Source: an uncultured candidatus Brocadiaceae bacterium (lineage in GTDB: Bacteria; Planctomycetota; UBA11346). From it: DNA of 64,000 nt. The notes beneath the pieces were generated by a model that saw nothing but the letters and a program-made list of their open reading frames with translations, was not told the origin of the DNA and did not search any database. The stretch spans positions 2,394 to 66,393 of the forward strand of contig CAZTGE010000003.1 in NCBI GenBank assembly GCA_964612995.1. Reading direction: 5' to 3'. A program made the translations under genes and the position numbers. The number at the start of each line of letters is the position of its first letter. Position 1 is the stretch's first letter. Below, one piece after another: positions 59,354 through 64,000 of the stretch.

Positions 59354-59592
59354 CACCCGGGTGGAGACGCGCCGACCGATGCGGGCGAAGCCATCGTTGA
59401 GCGGTTCGATCACGCCCGCGAACAGGGCGACCAGGCCGGCGCGACGCTCTGCGGGCCCGGAGTCGAGGCAGGCTGCGGCCAACGCATCGGCCGCAGCGAG
59501 CAGGTGCGCATCCACACAGGCGCGCTGATGCTCGTCCGCGGCGATCGCCGCGGCGGCGCGCTCACGGATCGCGGCTGCAGCGGCCGTCGCCC

Positions 59593-62181
59593 TCACGGAT
59601 CCCCCTGCTGCCACCAGGTCGGCGGCGCGTGTTCGACATTGATCACCAACGTACGCTCCAACGCGATCACCGCGGGCAGTCGGATGTGCGCGAGCGCGAG
59701 CCAGGCCCAGGTGGCCAGCGGTCGCTCGGGCAGCAGCCAGACGCGTAGCCGCGAATCCCTCGCCGCAGCCACCACCTGCAGCGGCGGGGCATCCACGACC
59801 GCCGCCAGAGCCGGTCCGCCCAGCGCGCCGAGCAGTTCTGCCTCGACGCGGCGCAACCACAGCTGCCAGTGCCAGGGCGCGAAGGCCTGGACCCGCGCGT
59901 GCACTCTGGCAGCGCCCACCGCACCGGTAAGCGTCAGCGGCGGACCCGCCGCCGGGGCCACGACGCCTTCGAGCACGACCGGATGTCGACCGAGATCGAG
60001 CGTACGATCGCGCAGCGTCATCCGACCGGCATCGATGGTCAGGGCCAAGGCGTAGCCCCCCGCTTCCGGGCGCGCCTGGGCGCGGCAACGGGCGTGCAGC
60101 CCGGCCAGCGCCTGGCCGAAGACACCCTCGCTCCATTCGAGTTCCATGGCCGCCGGCGCGCCCCCAGGCACGTCGGGCCACCGCGCGTGGAACGCGAGCC
60201 GTCCGGCGAAGCCGTCGAGCACCAGCGGCAGCGCCAGGCGCGCGTCGACGAGGAAATCGGTCAGCTCCGCCGCGGCGAGATCGAGCGTGCTGCCACTATC
60301 ATCATGCCGGAGCACCAGGCTGTAATCACGCCGCGCACTGCGCAGCTGCAGCTCACTGCAGGATGCCGCAGTGGGTCCGCTCGGCAGGACCGCCTTCAGC
60401 GGACCGCTCCAGCCGAGGGCATGCGCTCCGAATTCCAGTCGACCGCGTTCGATGGCGGCCTCCAGTCGCCAGCCCGCTGCCGCCCGCTGAGCATGGAAGG
60501 TCTGTGCCAGCCCGTCGCGCAGCTGCCATGGTGCAAGCCAATCGGCGAACAGATGGGCCGGCAGGCGTTCGCCGCTGATGCGCGCCACCCCCGCCCCATC
60601 GCCGCTGACCTGCCAGTGCGCTCCAGGCGCAGGCGCCTCGCCGGTCAGGTCGAAACGTAGCCCGTGGTCGTCTTGTTCGATCCGTCCCGAACCCCTTGGT
60701 GTGAGCGCGATCCAATCTGCGAGGGCGAGCCCCGTGCGTGCGGCGAGCAGATCTCCGGCGATGCCGTCGAGTTCGAGCTGCGACCACGAGAACCCGGCGT
60801 GGCGGGCATCGACGGTGGCGGCGAGCTGTTCGAGCCGGACCAGACCCGGGATCCGGGCCGTGAGCCGATCGCAGACCAACACTCCGTCAGCCGCACGCCA
60901 GTCGGCGCTGATCCGGGCGTGTTCGGCCGCGGCACCGGCCAGCGGCGCGCGCCACTGCATCGCGAGCTGGCCGGCGAGCGCACCGGTGACCAGGTCCACG
61001 ACCAGCTGCGAACCGGAGCAATCGAGTTCGCGCGGCAGCATCAGGCGCTGGAGCCGGCCCAACCGCGGCATCATGCCGAGCCCGGCGAGCGCATCGCAGA
61101 GCGCCGACACCGGGATCACCCCCGACGCCACCGTCAGCTCGAGCCCCGCATCGCCGCTGGCCCACGCCCACGACCCGCGCAACGGATCGGATCCCTGCTG
61201 CCACTGCAACGCGAAATCCCCGGCCAGGCGTTCGGAGTCCGGACCGGCACGCAGGCTGCACCGCAGCCCGGCGAGGCCGAGGGCCGGGGCATCGAGCTGC
61301 AGGTCGACCCGTAGTGATCCATCCGCCATGGTGCGACCCGCGCAGGCGACAGCGAGGCGCTCCGGCAGCAGCCCGATCACCGGGCGGCGGGCCGTGGCCT
61401 CGCCGAGCACCTGCTCGAGCAGCACTTCCGGCACGATGTCCGTGGCGTCGAGTCGCCAGACGTAGGCCGAGCCGCCCAGCGCACCGGTGAATGCCAGCGA
61501 GCCCTGCGCGAGCTGTGCGCGCAGGGCGATCTGACGTTGGTCCTCGCGGTTGTCCCACAGCAGGGTCGCGGCGTCGAGCAGCGGTGTGTCATCGAACAGC
61601 ACCACCGCGTCATCGAGCTCGACCCGGATCCGGGGGTGGACCTCCATCTCGCGGTAGAGCCGGTGGATCTCCTCACCGAGCTCGAGAAGGAACGGGTGAT
61701 TGCGCGGCGAGGCGTCGAGGCGCAGGCCGCGCAGAGCGACATCGCCGACCCTGGTCTCGAGCACCGAGCCACGGATCAGGGCATGCGCGAGCTCGAACAC
61801 CGGCGCGCCATCCGTTCCGGCATGGACCCCACTGTCCTCGACCACCACCGTATCGAGCGCATCGACCGCGAGCGTGCCGATCTCCAGCCGACCGGGCAAC
61901 TCCTCGCTCCAGGCCTGCTCGATCCGGCGTTGCAGCGCGCCGCTGACGACGAACCACACCGCCACGCCCCCGGCCAGCACGGGCAGGCCGAGGACGATGA
62001 CCGCGATGACCAGTCGGATGCGCGCACGACGAGTGAGCCGACCCATGAACCGCTGCTCCCCCAGCGATGAGTCTCCGGCCTGCGCGCGCAGCGCAAGGAT
62101 CGCTGGTGCGCGCCGCATCAGCGCCCGCAGCGCAGCCGTCCCAGAGCCGGCTGTGTGCGGCTCCGGTGCGCGAGGACGCAC
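59593..62181 (-). CDS. AsmA-family-like protein: N-terminal TM anchor plus ~830-aa periplasmic region
   Basis: TM IRLVIAVIVLGLPVLAGGVAVWFVV. Long low-complexity beta-rich region. Assigned by overall architecture only. Confidence 0.55.
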   Translation of the reverse strand: MRPRAPEPHTAGSGTAALRALMRRAPAILALRAQAGDSSLGEQRFMGRLTRRARIRLVIAVIVLGLPVLAGGVAVWFVVSGALQRRIEQAWSEELPGRLEIGTLAVDALDTVVVEDSGVHAGTDGAPVFELAHALIRGSVLETRVGDVALRGLRLDASPRNHPFLLELGEEIHRLYREMEVHPRIRVELDDAVVLFDDTPLLDAATLLWDNREDQRQIALRAQLAQGSLAFTGALGGSAYVWRLDATDIVPEVLLEQVLGEATARRPVIGLLPERLAVACAGRTMADGSLRVDLQLDAPALGLAGLRCSLRAGPDSERLAGDFALQWQQGSDPLRGSWAWASGDAGLELTVASGVIPVSALCDALAGLGMMPRLGRLQRLMLPRELDCSGSQLVVDLVTGALAGQLAMQWRAPLAGAAAEHARISADWRAADGVLVCDRLTARIPGLVRLEQLAATVDARHAGFSWSQLELDGIAGDLLAARTGLALADWIALTPRGSGRIEQDDHGLRFDLTGEAPAPGAHWQVSGDGAGVARISGERLPAHLFADWLAPWQLRDGLAQTFHAQRAAAGWRLEAAIERGRLEFGAHALGWSGPLKAVLPSGPTAASCSELQLRSARRDYSLVLRHDDSGSTLDLAAAELTDFLVDARLALPLVLDGFAGRLAFHARWPDVPGGAPAAMELEWSEGVFGQALAGLHARCRAQARPEAGGYALALTIDAGRMTLRDRTLDLGRHPVVLEGVVAPAAGPPLTLTGAVGAARVHARVQAFAPWHWQLWLRRVEAELLGALGGPALAAVVDAPPLQVVAAARDSRLRVWLLPERPLATWAWLALAHIRLPAVIALERTLVINVEHAPPTWWQQGDP

Positions 62182-62280
62182 CCGTTGATCAATCGAGAGC
62201 CCCTGCTGTCAGCCCGCAGCGCTGCACACCCCGGCGCTGAAGGCCCTGGCGTCGGCCTGCGTCGCTCTATCCTCGCGCAC

Positions 62281-63147
62281 ATGCGATTCACGAAGATGCA
62301 CGGATGCGGCAACGACTACGTCTACCTCGACGCCTGGCAGGAGCAGATCCCTGCCGACCTGCCGGCGCTCGCCCGGGCCATCTCCCACCGGCATTTCGGC
62401 GTCGGCGCCGATGGCCTGGTGGTGGTCGGGCCCGGCGAACAGGCGCCGGCGCGGATGACGATGTTCAATGCCGACGGCTCTCAGGCGGAGATGTGCGGCA
62501 ACGCGCTGCGTTGCTGCGCCCGTCTGGCCTACGCCGGCGGCCACCTGGATGGTCCGCAGACCACCTTCGAGACCGGCGCCGGATTGTTGCCGGTGACCTG
62601 TCTGCTCGATGGGGCGGGGCACTGCACGGGCGCGAGCGTGGACATGGGCCGGCCACGACTCGATCCGGCCGCGGTGCCGGTCAACCATCCCGGCCCCGGC
62701 CCCCTGCTGGGTCTCGAGCTCGCCGTGGACGGCTATCCGCCCTTCGCCGCCGTCGCCGTGGGCATGGGCAACCCCCACGCGGTGATCTTCGTCGACGATG
62801 TCGACAGCGCTCCGGTCTGCACCGCCGGCCCCCTGCTCGAACACCACCCGGCCTTCCCCAACCGCACCAACGTCGAATTCGTCAGCCGCCTGGATGTGGC
62901 CGACGGTCAGATCCTGCGCCAGCGCACCTGGGAACGCGGCTCGGGCGAAACCTGGGCCTGTGGCACCGGCGCCTGCGCGGCAGTGGTCGCGGCCGTGCTC
63001 GCCGGCGTGGTCGCACCCGGCGCGACCACCGTCCGGCTCAACGGCGGCGATCTGGACATCAGCTGGGATGGCGAAGGCAGCATCATCATGGCCGGCCCCG
63101 CGACGCAGGTGTTCACCGGCGACTGGCCGCTCGATGGCGCCGGCTGA
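62281..63147 (+). CDS. dapF: diaminopimelate epimerase
   Basis: MRFTKMHGCGNDYVYLD and the second catalytic-Cys region GSGETWACGTGACA. Confidence 0.95.
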   Translation: MRFTKMHGCGNDYVYLDAWQEQIPADLPALARAISHRHFGVGADGLVVVGPGEQAPARMTMFNADGSQAEMCGNALRCCARLAYAGGHLDGPQTTFETGAGLLPVTCLLDGAGHCTGASVDMGRPRLDPAAVPVNHPGPGPLLGLELAVDGYPPFAAVAVGMGNPHAVIFVDDVDSAPVCTAGPLLEHHPAFPNRTNVEFVSRLDVADGQILRQRTWERGSGETWACGTGACAAVVAAVLAGVVAPGATTVRLNGGDLDISWDGEGSIIMAGPATQVFTGDWPLDGAG

Positions 63148-63235
63148 CCGGAACGCCGCCGGGCTGATGCGCCGACGATGCCTTCTTGACCACTCCATCT
63201 GGCGCTCTACCGTCTGCGCCCTCGCACGTTCACAC

Positions 63236-63313
<78 letters not shown>

Positions 63314-63442
63314 TCATCGCCCCGCCGTCGCCACGACGGTGGGGCGATCTCTTTCCCGGGGGCGTTCATGCCGGCCCGCAGGCCGTGTGCGCCAGCGATG
63401 CCATCAGGAGGCGCGAGCCGGGCGCGCGCTCGGTCTCCACCG

Positions 63443-63783
63443 CTATGCGCGCAGCACGAAGAAGTCGTGCACGTGCAATACCTCGATCACCGCGCGTACC
63501 CGTTCGCCGGCGTTCTGCAGCGCGATGCGTTTGTCGACCAGGCCGTAAGCCTGATGCAGCCAGAGCGATCCACTGAAGAAGGAGGAACAGGGGTGATGGA
63601 GGTGGCGCAGGTCGAACACCAGCCCGCCATAGGGCCCCGGCCGCGACTCGTAGATCGCCCGGGCCCAGTCGGCCTGCCACATCGAGGGCGAGTTCTCCCG
63701 CCGCACCGCCAATGCGAGCTGCCCGTTCTGCTCGGCGACGTCGACCGGCAGAGGCAGCCCGAATCCCGCTGGACCCTTGTGCA
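63443..63783 (-). CDS. STAS-domain protein (anti-sigma-factor antagonist / MlaB-like), 113 aa
   Basis: GGLVFDLRHLHHPCSSFFSGSLWL...RVRAVIEV resembles the STAS beta-alpha pattern. Start MHKGPAGF... Confidence 0.45.
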
Positions 63784-63930
63784 TTATGTAGCGTTCCCGC
63801 CGGCAAGCATGTCCGATCCATTCTACGCCGACACGCGAACAATGCCATCGCCGGAATGACACTCCGCAGCGGCTGCTTGCGCCGGCAGTCGTTTGCCTAC
63901 CGTGCCCGGAGCACCCGCAAGAGGAGAAGA

Positions 63931-64000
63931 CATGCAGATCCTGGTCCTCGGCGGCAGCGGCAACATCTCGTCAGATTGTGTGCAGGCCTGGTGTGCCGCG
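63931..64000 (+). CDS. NAD(P)-dependent epimerase/dehydratase (SDR) family protein, 5' fragment only
   Basis: RBS gaggagaag, then MQILVLGGSGNIS (Rossmann GxxGxxG) at the window edge. Confidence 0.5.

Overview
The window is 64 kb of very GC-rich DNA, about 69% GC by eye, and looks like chromosomal backbone rather than a classical island. About 60 genes are packed with frequent 4-17 nt overlaps, so operons are likely. Housekeeping genes I am confident of are gcvP, glmS, ahcY, accD, the complete epmB-efp-epmA EF-P lysylation trio, lipA, pssA-psd, rsmE, murA, dapF, tsaE and trmO. There are two tRNAs, tRNA-Leu(UAG) and tRNA-His(GUG). Between the housekeeping genes sit many secreted or envelope proteins (Ig-like, SH3b, TPR, PQQ-propeller, giant proteins) and eukaryotic-like signalling proteins: a 1235-aa Ser/Thr kinase with a C-terminal FGE-sulfatase domain, an FHA-GHKL fusion and a STAS protein. 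Two families of small non-autonomous elements (MITE-like) are present. Family A is about 183 bp with 21-bp terminal inverted repeats ending in CTAG and has 4 copies. Family B is about 190 bp with 2 copies whose internal 14+14 bp palindrome carries compensatory substitutions. Two family-A copies in direct orientation bracket the kinase operon exactly. I see no CRISPR array, rRNA, prophage or autonomous transposase. Candidates for an undescribed system, none of which I can prove without searches: (i) a tight 6-gene rsmE-led envelope operon at 50.3-56.0 kb, (ii) a convergent pair of giant membrane proteins plus an acidic-tail secreted protein at 43.9-50.3 kb, (iii) the MITE-bracketed STK-FGE module, and (iv) the FHA-GHKL protein. 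Long antisense ORFs are common because of GC3 bias and were ignored. Taxon is uncertain. epmAB points to Gammaproteobacteria; the STK/FHA/giant secreted protein content is Myxococcota-like.
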